A stretch of DNA of 38,756 nucleotides. It comes from a virus (Duplodnaviria; Caudoviricetes). The notes under the pieces are model-generated. The model saw only the letters and a list, made by a program, of their open reading frames with translations. It had not been told where the DNA came from and made no database searches. The position numbers and the translations under genes were made by a program. Of the stretch, positions 17,371 to 26,889 are shown piece by piece. Where the stretch lies: positions 1 through 38,756 of the IMG/VR virus record IMGVR_UViG_3300046779_001253. One strand, given 5' to 3'. Each line of letters begins with the position of its first letter. The first letter of the stretch is position 1.

Positions 17371-17784
17371 ATGGCCATCACGACAGCGATCTGCAACAGC
17401 TACAAAAAAGAAATCCTGGAAGGCGTCCACGCAGCCGGCGACACATACAAACTGGCGCTGTTCACGTCGGCCGCATCGCTGGGTGCTGACACGACAGCCT
17501 ATGCGACCACCAACGAAGTCAGCGGCACCGGCTACACGGCTGGCGGCGCAACGCTGGCCGATCTGGTCACCGGTTTGTCTGGCGGCACTGCCTACCTGAC
17601 TTTCACCGATCCATCGTGGGCCAACGCCACCATCACGGCACGCGGCTGCCTGATCTACAACGCCAGCAAGTCAAACAAGGCCGTGGCCGCGTTCGACTTT
17701 GGCGGTGACGTGTCCAGCACCAACGGCACGTTTTCGGTCGATCTACCTGCAGCTGGCGCGTCCAGCCTGATCCGCATCGCCTGA
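17371..17784 (+). CDS. Putative virion structural protein (beta-rich)
   Basis: AICNSYKKEIL, KLALFTS, NEVSGTGYTAGG, ITARGCLIYN, DFGGD. Confidence 0.7.
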   Translation: MAITTAICNSYKKEILEGVHAAGDTYKLALFTSAASLGADTTAYATTNEVSGTGYTAGGATLADLVTGLSGGTAYLTFTDPSWANATITARGCLIYNASKSNKAVAAFDFGGDVSSTNGTFSVDLPAAGASSLIRIA

Positions 17785-17785
17785 C

Positions 17786-18430
17786 ATGCTGTTCGATGAC
17801 TGGCCAGACCTAGACGCGGTCACCAGCTTCGACGTCATCGACGGCGCATCGGCAAGCGCGTCGGCGGGCACCGTATCGGCACGCGGCACGGCATCGGCTG
17901 CGGTCAGCGGTGCAGCTGGGACGGCAAGCGGTCAACTGACTGCGGCCGGCACAGCGCAGGCCAGCGCAACCGGCACCCAATCAACGGCCACGGCCGGCGA
18001 CGCCACCGCGTTCGGCACCGTCAACATCCCAGGCATTGCCAGCGTAGTGGGTGCGGGTGCAACGGCAGCAGCCGGTGAGGTCACCGCGGCGGCCGATGGG
18101 CAGACCACCATCACTGGCGCCAGCGTCAGCGCATCAGCCGCCAGCATTGCGGCCGTGGGCGACCAAGCAGAACCAGAGCAACCGCCAACGCCTGCCGGCC
18201 GGCCAATCCGTCCGCAGGCTTACACGCCGCCGTTCGTGCGCGTGGACGCCGTGGCCAAGGTTCAGCCGGCAGCCATGCGCGTGCAGCTGGGCGTGGTCCA
18301 GGCCGATGGCACCATCAGCGCGGTGGCCGGTGCAGGCACAGCATCGGCGGCAACATCGGCAGGCATTGCAACGGCGCGCGGCATATTGAACCCGACCGAC
18401 GAAGAATTGCTGCTGTTACTGGCAGCGTAG
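17786..18430 (+). CDS. Ala/Gly/Thr-rich fibre-like protein
   Basis: Low-complexity small-residue repeats; acidic N-terminal motif; ends DEELLLLLAA. Confidence 0.65.
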   Translation: MLFDDWPDLDAVTSFDVIDGASASASAGTVSARGTASAAVSGAAGTASGQLTAAGTAQASATGTQSTATAGDATAFGTVNIPGIASVVGAGATAAAGEVTAAADGQTTITGASVSASAASIAAVGDQAEPEQPPTPAGRPIRPQAYTPPFVRVDAVAKVQPAAMRVQLGVVQADGTISAVAGAGTASAATSAGIATARGILNPTDEELLLLLAA

Positions 18431-18505
18431 TTCACAATTTTTCATTGAATTATTCTTTGCGATACAATCGCAACAGCACAAAATCCGGCACAACTTGGGG
18501 AAAAC

Positions 18506-20344
18506 ATGCAAGACACCGAAAAGCGGTTCCAACTGCCGCAGCTGACGCGGGCCTTACCGGCCGACGCGATGACGGTCGACGCCGAAACGCGCACCGTCGA
18601 ATTCCCGTTTTCAAGCGAACTGCCAGTCGAGCGCTGGTTCGGTGACGAAGTCCTGAGCCACAAGAAAGGCGCGGCCGACTTCACCCGTTTGAACGACGGC
18701 GCACCGGTGCTGTTCAACCACGACATGGACGAGATCATCGGCGTGGTCGAAAAAGCCTGGATCGGTGACGACAAGCGCGCCTACAGCCGCGTGCGTTTTG
18801 CCAAGACAGCCCGCGCAGACGAGGTGCTGTCGATGGTGAACGACGGCATCATGCGCAACGTGTCGTTCGGCTATCGCATCAGCGAAATGGTCGAGAGCGT
18901 CAAAGACGGCAAATCCACATTTACGGCGACCCGCTGGGAACCGTTCGAAGTATCGCTGGTGACAGTGCCCGCTGACCACACCGTGGGCATCGGTCGCGCT
19001 GAAACCGACGATGAGCGCGAGGTCCAAGTGACCCGCATTTCTGAGGAATCCGCACAGCCTGCGGACGTTACCATCGAGGATCCAACCATGACCGAGCAAA
19101 CCACACCCGTGGACGTGCAGGTGGTCGCATCGCAGGCTGCTGAAGCCGAACGCGCCCGCATTGCCAACATCAGCGCATTAGGTGAGCGCTTCAACGCCAC
19201 CGAACTGAGCCGCAAACTTATCAATGAGGGCAAGTCCATGGACGAAGCCCGCGCAATTTTCTTAGAGGAAATCAAAGTGGACCAAAAACCTGTTACCGGC
19301 AAAGAAGCCGACATCGGCTTGAGCGAAAAAGAAGTTCGTTCATTCAGCTTCATGCGTGCCATCAACGCATTGGCCAACCCCAGCGACAAGGGCGCATGGG
19401 AAGCCGCAGCGTTCGAGCGCGAAGTGTCTGAAGCTGGCGCCAAGGCTGCCGGCAAATCTGCCCGCGGCATCTACGTGCCTGGCGAAATCATGCGCGCCAA
19501 GCGTGACCTGACTGCTGGCACAAACAACGCTGGCGGCTTCACCGTGGCCACCGACTTGATGGCTGACAGCTTCATCGAGTTGTTGCGCAACCGTTCAATC
19601 GTCCAGCGCGCTGGCGCCACCGTGATGAACGGCTTGGTCGGCAACGTGGCAATCCCCAAGCAGTCTGGCGCAGCCACTGCCTACTGGGTCGCTGAATCTG
19701 GTGCACCCACCGAGAGCCAGCAGACTTTGGCACAGGTCACCATGTCGCCCAAGACCGTTGGCGCCTTCACCGACTTCAGCCGTCGTTTGATGCTGCAGTC
19801 GAGCATCGACGTGGAAAACATGGTTCGCCGCGACTTGGCCAGCGTGATTGCCTTGGCCATCGACGCAGCCGCCCTGTACGGCACAGGCAGCAACAACCAG
19901 CCCACCGGCTTGAAATTGCAGTCTGGCGTGAACACCAAGGACTTCGCTGCCACCAACCCCACATTCGCTGAGTTGGTCGCAATGGAATCTGAAGTGGCTG
20001 CCGACAACGCCGACATCGGCAACATGGTGTACTTGTTCAACCCCGCACAGCGCGGCGCGTTGAAGACCACCGAGAAAGCCAGCAACACAGCCCAGTTCGT
20101 TTGGGAACCAGGCAACACCGTGAACGGCTACCGCACCGAAGTGTCGAACCAAGTCACCGCTGGTGACGTGTTCTTCGGCAACTTCGCGGACTTGTTGATC
20201 GGTTTCTGGTCTGGCTTGGACTTGACCGTCGACCCATACGCTGGCGCCACAAGCGGCACCGTGCGCGTGATCGCATTGCAGGACACCGACATCGCTGTCC
20301 GCAACGCAGTGTCATTCTGCTACGGCGACGCAGACATCGCCTAA
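18506..20344 (+). CDS. Fused HK97-type prohead protease and major capsid protein
   Basis: Protease motifs VLFNHD, VSFGY, EVSLVTVPAD; then scaffold-like ERARI region and capsid motifs AYWVAE, FFGNFADL. Confidence 0.93.
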   Translation: MQDTEKRFQLPQLTRALPADAMTVDAETRTVEFPFSSELPVERWFGDEVLSHKKGAADFTRLNDGAPVLFNHDMDEIIGVVEKAWIGDDKRAYSRVRFAKTARADEVLSMVNDGIMRNVSFGYRISEMVESVKDGKSTFTATRWEPFEVSLVTVPADHTVGIGRAETDDEREVQVTRISEESAQPADVTIEDPTMTEQTTPVDVQVVASQAAEAERARIANISALGERFNATELSRKLINEGKSMDEARAIFLEEIKVDQKPVTGKEADIGLSEKEVRSFSFMRAINALANPSDKGAWEAAAFEREVSEAGAKAAGKSARGIYVPGEIMRAKRDLTAGTNNAGGFTVATDLMADSFIELLRNRSIVQRAGATVMNGLVGNVAIPKQSGAATAYWVAESGAPTESQQTLAQVTMSPKTVGAFTDFSRRLMLQSSIDVENMVRRDLASVIALAIDAAALYGTGSNNQPTGLKLQSGVNTKDFAATNPTFAELVAMESEVAADNADIGNMVYLFNPAQRGALKTTEKASNTAQFVWEPGNTVNGYRTEVSNQVTAGDVFFGNFADLLIGFWSGLDLTVDPYAGATSGTVRVIALQDTDIAVRNAVSFCYGDADIA

Positions 20345-20358
20345 TCGGTGACAATAAG

Positions 20359-20384
20359 AGGGCCGGAGAGATCCGGCCCTTTTT
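20359..20384 (+). terminator. Rho-independent terminator after capsid gene
   Basis: AGGGCCGGA-GAGA-TCCGGCCCT followed by TTTT. Confidence 0.85.
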
Positions 20385-20410
20385 ACCTACACAATGGAAA
20401 GCGATTTCAA

Positions 20411-20668
20411 ATGCAAGTTCTGATCACACGCACCACCGCAGCCAACAAGCAATTCGTGCGCGCCGGCACAGTCATCGAATTGAATGACTACGAAGCCCGC
20501 GAACTGATCCTGATGGGCAAGGCCCAGCCCGTGGACGAACCTGCACCTGAAACCGCTGTCGAGGCCACAGACGAGCCTGCAGCCGAAGCTGGCGAACTGA
20601 CCACCGAGAACGCCGAAGCCGTGGTGGCCACAACTGCGCCAAAGGGCAAACGCCGTGGCGCTAAGTGA
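20411..20668 (+). CDS. Small head-associated protein
   Basis: Follows the capsid gene; AGTVIEL...ARELILMGKA and an acidic then basic tail. Confidence 0.7.
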   Translation: MQVLITRTTAANKQFVRAGTVIELNDYEARELILMGKAQPVDEPAPETAVEATDEPAAEAGELTTENAEAVVATTAPKGKRRGAK

Positions 20669-20933
20669 AAACCTGGACGCGTTCCTGGCTGATTTCGGCG
20701 TAACCGTCACCGACGGCACGACCGCGACCACGGGCGTCCTGGATATGCCCAGCGAAGTCATCGCTGGCGGCATGGTCATCACCACCGACTATGCGCTGAC
20801 CATCAAGTCGAGCGTGTACCCCAACCTGAAATATGCCGACGCGCTGACCGTCGACGGCGGCAGCTACACCGTGCGCGAAGTGCGCGCCCAGGACGATGGC
20901 AAATTCAGCATCGTCTACCTGTCGAAAGTCTGA
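20655..20933 (+). CDS. Head-tail joining protein (gpFII-like)
   Basis: Position and LTVDGGSYTVREVRAQDDG motif. Confidence 0.75.
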   Translation: MALSENLDAFLADFGVTVTDGTTATTGVLDMPSEVIAGGMVITTDYALTIKSSVYPNLKYADALTVDGGSYTVREVRAQDDGKFSIVYLSKV

Positions 20934-20935
20934 CC

Positions 20936-21355
20936 ATGCCAAGCAAGCGCGAAACCATCCTGGCACGCATCGTCACGGCGCTGGCCGGCACCACTGGCGT
21001 CAGCACCCGCATCTATCGCAGCCGCGTCGAGCCTTTGGCCCGCGGCGAGGCGCCGGCCATCGTGGTCGAGCCTGTCAGCGACCAGGCCGTGCAGGACACG
21101 GTGGGAACGCTGCAGTGGACGCTGACCTTCCGCGTGTCCGTCATCGTGCGTGGCGCTGTTACTGACCAGCTGGCGGACCCTGCCATGCTGGACGTCCACA
21201 GCAAGCTGATGGCCGACGACACGCTGGATGGCTTGGTCATTCTGCTGCTGCCCAGCACCGTTTCATTCGAATCAATCGAGGCCGACCAGCCCGCTGGTGT
21301 GGTGTCCGCAGAATTCACAGCGCAGTACCGAACAGCGCTAAATTCCCTGAGTTAA
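20936..21355 (+). CDS. Tail terminator (gpU-like)
   Basis: SKRETIL, RIYRSR, PAIVV; precedes the tail tube gene. Confidence 0.7.
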   Translation: MPSKRETILARIVTALAGTTGVSTRIYRSRVEPLARGEAPAIVVEPVSDQAVQDTVGTLQWTLTFRVSVIVRGAVTDQLADPAMLDVHSKLMADDTLDGLVILLLPSTVSFESIEADQPAGVVSAEFTAQYRTALNSLS

Positions 21356-21383
21356 AATCCGAACACATCAGCGAGGTTTCACC

Positions 21384-22313
21384 ATGTCATTACTCACCCG
21401 CAAGCGCACAATTCTGGCCAAGATCGAGGGCACCTACGGCACCGACCCCACACCATCGGGTTCGGCCAACGCCATTTTGGTCCGCAACCTGAACATCACC
21501 CCATTGAACGCTGAGAACGTCAGCCGCGATTTGGTTCGCCCCTACCTTGGCGCATCCGAACAGCTGATCGCATCCAGCCACGTCATGGTGGACTTTGAAG
21601 TCGAAATGGCGGGTTCGGGCACTGCCGGCACTGCGCCCGCATACGGCCCACTGCTGCGCGCCTGCGGCTTTGCTGAAACCGACGGCGCATCCGATGTGGT
21701 CTACACGCCCGTGTCTGCCAGCTTCGAAAGCGTCACGATCTACTACAACGTAGACGGCGTTCTGCACAAAATCACCGGCGCCCGCGGCAACGTGGAAATG
21801 TCGATCACGGCACGCCAGATCCCAGTGTTCAAATTCACGTTCACCGGCCTTTACAACGCACCGACCGACACAGCAGCGCCGGCCGTGACTTACACCGCGT
21901 TCCAAACACCTTTGGCCGCCAACAACGACAACACCACAGGCTTCAGCCTGTTCAGCTACAGCGCCGCCTTGGAATCGCTGAACCTGAACCTGAACAACCA
22001 GGTGTTCTACCGTTCGCTGATCGGTTCCGAAAGCGTGCTGATTACCGACCGCGGCGTGAACGGTTCAGTCGTGTTCGAGGCACCCACCATCACCGCTAAA
22101 GACTTTTTCAGCTTGGCGCTTGGCAACACCCTGGGCGATTTGGACATCACCCACGGCACCGCTGCCGGCAACATCGTGCAGATCGAATCCAGCCGCGTGG
22201 ATGTGTCGAACCCGACATACCAGGACAACAACGGCATCCAAATGCTGAGCGTGCCAATCACCTTGGTGCCCAGCACTTCGGGCAACGACGAAATCACGAT
22301 CACCGTCAAATAA
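21384..22313 (+). CDS. Major tail tube protein
   Basis: KIEGTYGTDP, GSGTAGTAP, GARGNV; GAGG RBS; followed by a terminator and chaperone genes. Confidence 0.85.
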   Translation: MSLLTRKRTILAKIEGTYGTDPTPSGSANAILVRNLNITPLNAENVSRDLVRPYLGASEQLIASSHVMVDFEVEMAGSGTAGTAPAYGPLLRACGFAETDGASDVVYTPVSASFESVTIYYNVDGVLHKITGARGNVEMSITARQIPVFKFTFTGLYNAPTDTAAPAVTYTAFQTPLAANNDNTTGFSLFSYSAALESLNLNLNNQVFYRSLIGSESVLITDRGVNGSVVFEAPTITAKDFFSLALGNTLGDLDITHGTAAGNIVQIESSRVDVSNPTYQDNNGIQMLSVPITLVPSTSGNDEITITVK

Positions 22314-22333
22314 GTGAGCGCCCACTAACCAAC

Positions 22334-22356
22334 AGCCCGCTACCCAGCGGGCTTTT
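22334..22356 (+). terminator. Rho-independent terminator after tail tube gene
   Basis: AGCCCGCT-ACCC-AGCGGGCT followed by TTT. Confidence 0.7.
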
Positions 22357-22374
22357 CCATTGAAAGGCAAAAAC

Positions 22375-22713
22375 ATGTTCAAGATCGAAACCAGCCCCGA
22401 ATATTCATGGCCCGTCGCGGTGGAATTGCCCACCGATGGCGGCCGCACCGAGAAAGCAACGTTCGACGCCAAGTTCAAGCGCCTGACGCAAAGCCGCATC
22501 GACGAAATCCGCAAGGCTGTCGAAGCCGGCGAAATGCGCGACGCTGATCTGGCGCGTGAAGCGCTGGTCGGCTGGTCTGGCGTGGTCGATGGCAATGGCG
22601 AGGTGCCCTACAGCGAGGCCGCACGCGACCAGCTGCTGGAAATCCCCATGGTGTCCACTGCCATCGTCATGGCCTTGCTGGGCAGCATTTCCGGCGCCAA
22701 GCGAAAAAACTAA
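22375..22713 (+). CDS. Tail assembly chaperone (gpG-like)
   Basis: Lies between tube and tape measure genes; ends at slippery A AAA AAC TAA. Confidence 0.85.
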   Translation: MFKIETSPEYSWPVAVELPTDGGRTEKATFDAKFKRLTQSRIDEIRKAVEAGEMRDADLAREALVGWSGVVDGNGEVPYSEAARDQLLEIPMVSTAIVMALLGSISGAKRKN

Positions 22714-23051
22714 CCGACGCTGCCCGTCACTGGGCAACTGGCGGCGTCAAAGACGATACGGCGGCAGACCTGGCCGCGTTCGGTGCGCCCGCCGAAATGG
22801 TCCAAGCGCTTACCAAGGATCCTGAAGCCGAACTGTTTGGTGTGTGGGAAGACAATGCGGACGTGGTGATCATGTTCATGAAATTGCAGACGCAATGGGT
22901 AATTTCTAACGGCCTGGTCGTGGGCCTGAATTACCAATCGGTCGAATTTCTATTTACAATCAACCATGTGGCTGAACCGGCCAAAATGATGGACGACCTG
23001 CAGGCGATGGAAGCCGCGGCGCTGTCAATCCTGAACAAACGCAAGGACTAA
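22704..23051 (+). CDS. gpT-like (DUF1799-like) segment, read by -1 frameshift as a G-T fusion
   Basis: The -1 frame is open from AAAAAAC (22704-22710) through LTDAARHWA into the 22797 ORF (VWEDN, TQW, GLNY, LQAMEAAAL). Confidence 0.8.
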   Translation, partial: KKLTDAARHWATGGVKDDTAADLAAFGAPAEMVQALTKDPEAELFGVWEDNADVVIMFMKLQTQWVISNGLVVGLNYQSVEFLFTINHVAEPAKMMDDLQAMEAAALSILNKRKD

Positions 23052-23054
23052 ACC

Positions 23055-25136
23055 ATGGCCATGGACATGAACGTCGCCCTGAAGATTTCCGCCGGCGTGA
23101 CCGGCCAGCAGGCGGTCGATCAGCTGCGCACCAGCATGGACAAGCTGAACGGCGCGGCCACGTCGGTGTCCAATGGTTTCAAGTTCGCCGGCGCTGCCGT
23201 TGGCGCATTCATCGGGCTGCAAGCCGTGCAGGAAATCGTCCGCATTGGCGGCGCGATGATCAACGCAGCAGACCAAATGGACGAAATGGCAGAGCGCACC
23301 GGCATGTCGGTCGAAAGCCTGTCGCAGCTGCAATACGCCGCCAAGATCGCCGGCACAGACATCAACACCGTGGAAGGCGCACTGGCCAAGCTGTCAGCCA
23401 AGGCGGTGGACGCTGCCAGCGGCAACAAGACCGCCGCCGTTGCATTTGATGCACTTGGCGTGGCCGTGCAGAACGCCGACGGCAGCATGCGGTCATCCAT
23501 CGACATCATGGCCGACGTTGGCGACCAGCTGGCAGAGATCACCGACGCGACCCTGCGCACGGCGGTGGCCCGCGAGGTGTTCGGCAAGTCTGGCGACGCC
23601 ATTTTGCCGTTCGCCATGCGTGTGCGCGAACTGCGCGGCGAGGCTGAACAGCTTGGCGCGACCATGTCTGGGCGCTTTGCCACGCAGGCAGCCGAGTTCA
23701 ACGACAACCTGGACCGTTCAAGCGCCCTGCTGTCGAGCATGGGCCGCACGGTGATGGGTGAATTGCTGCCAGGCATGAACGCACTGGCTGAGAGTTTTGT
23801 AAAAACCGGCCAAAGCGGCGGCGCGCTGAACGTGATGGCCGAAGGTCTGGCGGTGGTGTTCGAAACCATCGTCGTGCTGGGCGGCAACGTCGTCTACGTG
23901 TTCAAGCAGATCGGCGCCGAGGCCATCGGCATCGGCAAGCAAATGGCCGCGCTGGCCACGCTGGACTTCGACGCGTTCAACAGGATCGGCGCCCAAATGA
24001 AGACCGATGCCGCCCAGGCGCGCAAGGAAATCGACGCCTGGTCCGAATCTATCCTGAATGCCCGCAAGAATGCGTCGGCTGGCGCTGGTCGCGGGTTTGT
24101 CAACCCAGAGGCCAACAACGCCGCCAACCAGCGCGCTGTGGACATCCTGAACAAGCTGGGCACCGCCAACAAGCAGGTGGGCGACACCGAAAAAGAACGC
24201 ACGTCGATGATGCAAGGGCTGAACGACGAAGTGCAGAAAATGATCGTTGGCGAGGACCAGCTGTTCATTGCCAAGCTGCGCCGCCTTGGCGCCACCGACA
24301 AAGAGATCGCACAGGCCGAGGAACAGCTGCGCCAGCGTGCCCAGCTGAAGGCCGCCGACCGCGAACTGGAAGACGCTACCAAAACGGCGATCAAGTTGGA
24401 CGAAGATGCCAAGCGGTCGAAAGAGCAGCTGGCAGAGGCCGGCAAGCGCGTCTACGAAGAAACCCGCACGCCGGCCGAAAAACTGAACATTGAAATGGCG
24501 CGCCTGAACGACCTGCTGCGCCAGGGCGTCATCGACTGGGACACCTACTGGCGCGCCACCAACAAAGCCCAAGACGCATTCGAGGACGCCGGCAAAAAAG
24601 GCCGTGACACATTTGACGAATTGAAAAACGCCGTCGAAGGCTGGGGCCGCCAAGCCACCGACACGTTTGTCGATTTCGCGTTCGGCGCCAAAGCCAGTTT
24701 TGGCGACCTGGTGACCAGCATCCTGAAAGACATGGCCCGCATGCTGATCCAAACGCAGATCATGGCGCCGCTGATGCAGGCAGCCCGCGGTTATTTCGGA
24801 TTTGCAAACGGCGGCATCATGACCGACAGCGGCCCGATGCCACTGCGCACATACGCAGCTGGCGGCATCGCCAACAGCCCACAGGTGGCCATCTACGGTG
24901 AAGGCCGCATGCCTGAAGCCTATGTGCCCCTGCCCGACGGTCGCACCATTCCTGTCACCATGAAGGGCGACATGGGTGGCGGCGGCGTCAACAACGTCAC
25001 GGTGAACGTCAGCGTCGAGAACGGCGGCGACAAGGTCACCGGCGACCAGGGTGCCGACAATCTGGGCCGCGTCATTGCGAACGTGGTCAAGTCCGAACTG
25101 ATCAACCAAAAGCGCCCTGGCGGGCTGCTGGCATAA
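23055..25136 (+). CDS. Tape measure protein
   Basis: 693 aa, Ala-rich and helical; C-terminal FANGG, GEGRMPEAYVPL, QKRPGGLL. Confidence 0.92.
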   Translation: MAMDMNVALKISAGVTGQQAVDQLRTSMDKLNGAATSVSNGFKFAGAAVGAFIGLQAVQEIVRIGGAMINAADQMDEMAERTGMSVESLSQLQYAAKIAGTDINTVEGALAKLSAKAVDAASGNKTAAVAFDALGVAVQNADGSMRSSIDIMADVGDQLAEITDATLRTAVAREVFGKSGDAILPFAMRVRELRGEAEQLGATMSGRFATQAAEFNDNLDRSSALLSSMGRTVMGELLPGMNALAESFVKTGQSGGALNVMAEGLAVVFETIVVLGGNVVYVFKQIGAEAIGIGKQMAALATLDFDAFNRIGAQMKTDAAQARKEIDAWSESILNARKNASAGAGRGFVNPEANNAANQRAVDILNKLGTANKQVGDTEKERTSMMQGLNDEVQKMIVGEDQLFIAKLRRLGATDKEIAQAEEQLRQRAQLKAADRELEDATKTAIKLDEDAKRSKEQLAEAGKRVYEETRTPAEKLNIEMARLNDLLRQGVIDWDTYWRATNKAQDAFEDAGKKGRDTFDELKNAVEGWGRQATDTFVDFAFGAKASFGDLVTSILKDMARMLIQTQIMAPLMQAARGYFGFANGGIMTDSGPMPLRTYAAGGIANSPQVAIYGEGRMPEAYVPLPDGRTIPVTMKGDMGGGGVNNVTVNVSVENGGDKVTGDQGADNLGRVIANVVKSELINQKRPGGLLA

Positions 25137-25139
25137 GAC

Positions 25140-25475
25140 ATGGCAACATTCACCTACACCCCAGATTACGGCGCACAGGTCAGCGTGAAGCCACGCGTGC
25201 GCATTGCGCAGTTCGGTGACGGCTACGAACAGCGGATCGCTGACGGCATCAACACACGGCCGCAGGTCTGGTCGTTGCAATTTAACAACAGAACCGACAC
25301 CGAGGCCGGCAACATCACCACGTTTTTGGAAGCGCGCAACGGCGTCGAGGCGTTCGACTGGACCCCGCCAGGCGGCAGCGCGATCAAGGTGGTGTGCCGC
25401 GAATGGTCAAAGACCGTGGCGCGTTACAACCTGAACAGCGTATCGGCCACGTTCCAGCAGGTGTTTGAGCCATGA
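25140..25475 (+). CDS. Minor tail protein M-like (distal tail)
   Basis: FGDGYEQR, AFDWTPP, SATFQQVFE. Confidence 0.92.
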   Translation: MATFTYTPDYGAQVSVKPRVRIAQFGDGYEQRIADGINTRPQVWSLQFNNRTDTEAGNITTFLEARNGVEAFDWTPPGGSAIKVVCREWSKTVARYNLNSVSATFQQVFEP

Positions 25476-26176
25476 CGTCATCGGCCATCACCACCGAGAT
25501 CCAAAAACTTGAGCCGTCAGCGGTCATCGAGTTATTCGAGCTGGACGCCACGTCGTTTGGTGGCGACCTGCTGCGGTTCCATGCCGGCACCAATGGCCTG
25601 ACCGCCAACGTGGTGTGGCAGGGCGACACGTACACCGCCTATCCGATCAAGGCGACCGGCTTTGACTTCACCGGCAATGGCCAGCTGCCACGGCCCAAGA
25701 TCACGGTGTCCAACACCACCGGCGCCATCACGCTGCTGGTGCTGACCTACGACGACCTGCTGGGCGCCAAAGTCACGCGCAAGCGCACCATGGTGAAATA
25801 CCTGGACGCGGTGAACTTCAGCGGCGGCACCAACCCGACCGCGGATCCCAGCGCCGAATTCCCAGACGACGTGTTTTTCGTCGACCGCAAGACGAGCGAG
25901 ACACGCGACATGGTGGAATTCGAACTGGCGGCATCGTTCGACGTCGCCGGCGTGCTGCTGCCACATCGCCAGATCATTCAGAACGTGTGCGTGTGGCGCT
26001 ACAAAGGCACCGAGTGCGGCTACAGCGGCACCAATTACTTCGATGCCAACGACGTGAGCGTGGGTAGTGTTGGCCTAGACGTGTGCGGCAAGCGCCTGAC
26101 CAGCTGCCAAGTGCGGTTCGGTTCGACCAACCCGCTGCCGTTCGGTTCATTCCCCAGCGCTGGTTTGGTCCGATGA
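25472..26176 (+). CDS. Minor tail protein L-like
   Basis: IELFELD, YPIKATGF, FELA; Cys motif CVWRY...CGY...CGKRLTSC. Confidence 0.93.
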   Translation: MTSSAITTEIQKLEPSAVIELFELDATSFGGDLLRFHAGTNGLTANVVWQGDTYTAYPIKATGFDFTGNGQLPRPKITVSNTTGAITLLVLTYDDLLGAKVTRKRTMVKYLDAVNFSGGTNPTADPSAEFPDDVFFVDRKTSETRDMVEFELAASFDVAGVLLPHRQIIQNVCVWRYKGTECGYSGTNYFDANDVSVGSVGLDVCGKRLTSCQVRFGSTNPLPFGSFPSAGLVR

Positions 26177-26889
26177 ATGACCAGACGCAAGCCGACATCA
26201 TCCTGCATGCGCGCGCCGAGTTTCCACGCGAGGCGTGCGGGCTGCTGATCGTCAGCCAAGGCAAGGAACGCTACCGGCCCTGCCGCAACATTGCGGTGGG
26301 CACCGACCAGTTCGTGCTGGATCCCAACGACTACGCCGCGGCCGAGTTGGCGGGCGACATCATTGCGGTGATCCACAGCCACCCCAACATGTCGCCCGAA
26401 CCATCGCAGGCAGATCGTGTCGCATGCGAGGCCAGCGGCCTGCCGTGGCACATCGTGTCGGTGCCTTCAGAGCGCTGGGCGTACATGGAACCGGCCGGCT
26501 ACCGTGCGCCACTGGTCGGTCGCGAGTGGTCGCACGGCGTGCTGGACTGCTACGCCATCGTGCGCGACTGGTATGCGCAAGAACGCGGCATTACCCTGCC
26601 CGACTTCAAGCGCCACGACGAATGGTGGCTGCGCGGCGAAAACCTGTACCTGGACAACTTCAAGTCAGCTGGGTTTTTCGAGATCACGCAGGACCAGCTG
26701 CAGCCAGGCGACGGCATCCTAATGCGCGTTTTTAGTCCGGTCCCCAACCACGGCGCGATCTATTTGGGGGATAATCAGATCATTCACCACGTGCAAAACC
26801 GGCTGTCATGCCGTGAGCCGTACACCACCAGCTGGCGCAACCGAACAACGCATTTCCTGAGACATGAAAACCATCATTCTTTTGGGTGA
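26173..26889 (+). CDS. Tail assembly protein K-like (JAB plus NlpC/P60)
   Basis: PREACG, HSHP, PSQAD, GVLDCY, PNHGAIYLG; ATGA start. Confidence 0.93.
   Translation: MNDQTQADIILHARAEFPREACGLLIVSQGKERYRPCRNIAVGTDQFVLDPNDYAAAELAGDIIAVIHSHPNMSPEPSQADRVACEASGLPWHIVSVPSERWAYMEPAGYRAPLVGREWSHGVLDCYAIVRDWYAQERGITLPDFKRHDEWWLRGENLYLDNFKSAGFFEITQDQLQPGDGILMRVFSPVPNHGAIYLGDNQIIHHVQNRLSCREPYTTSWRNRTTHFLRHENHHSFG

Noticed and set aside
15661-17430. 589-aa minus-strand ORF (likewise 13076-14128, 23718-25280, 27955-29178)
   Set aside because: Antisense shadows of portal, terminase, tape measure and J genes; no motifs or RBS
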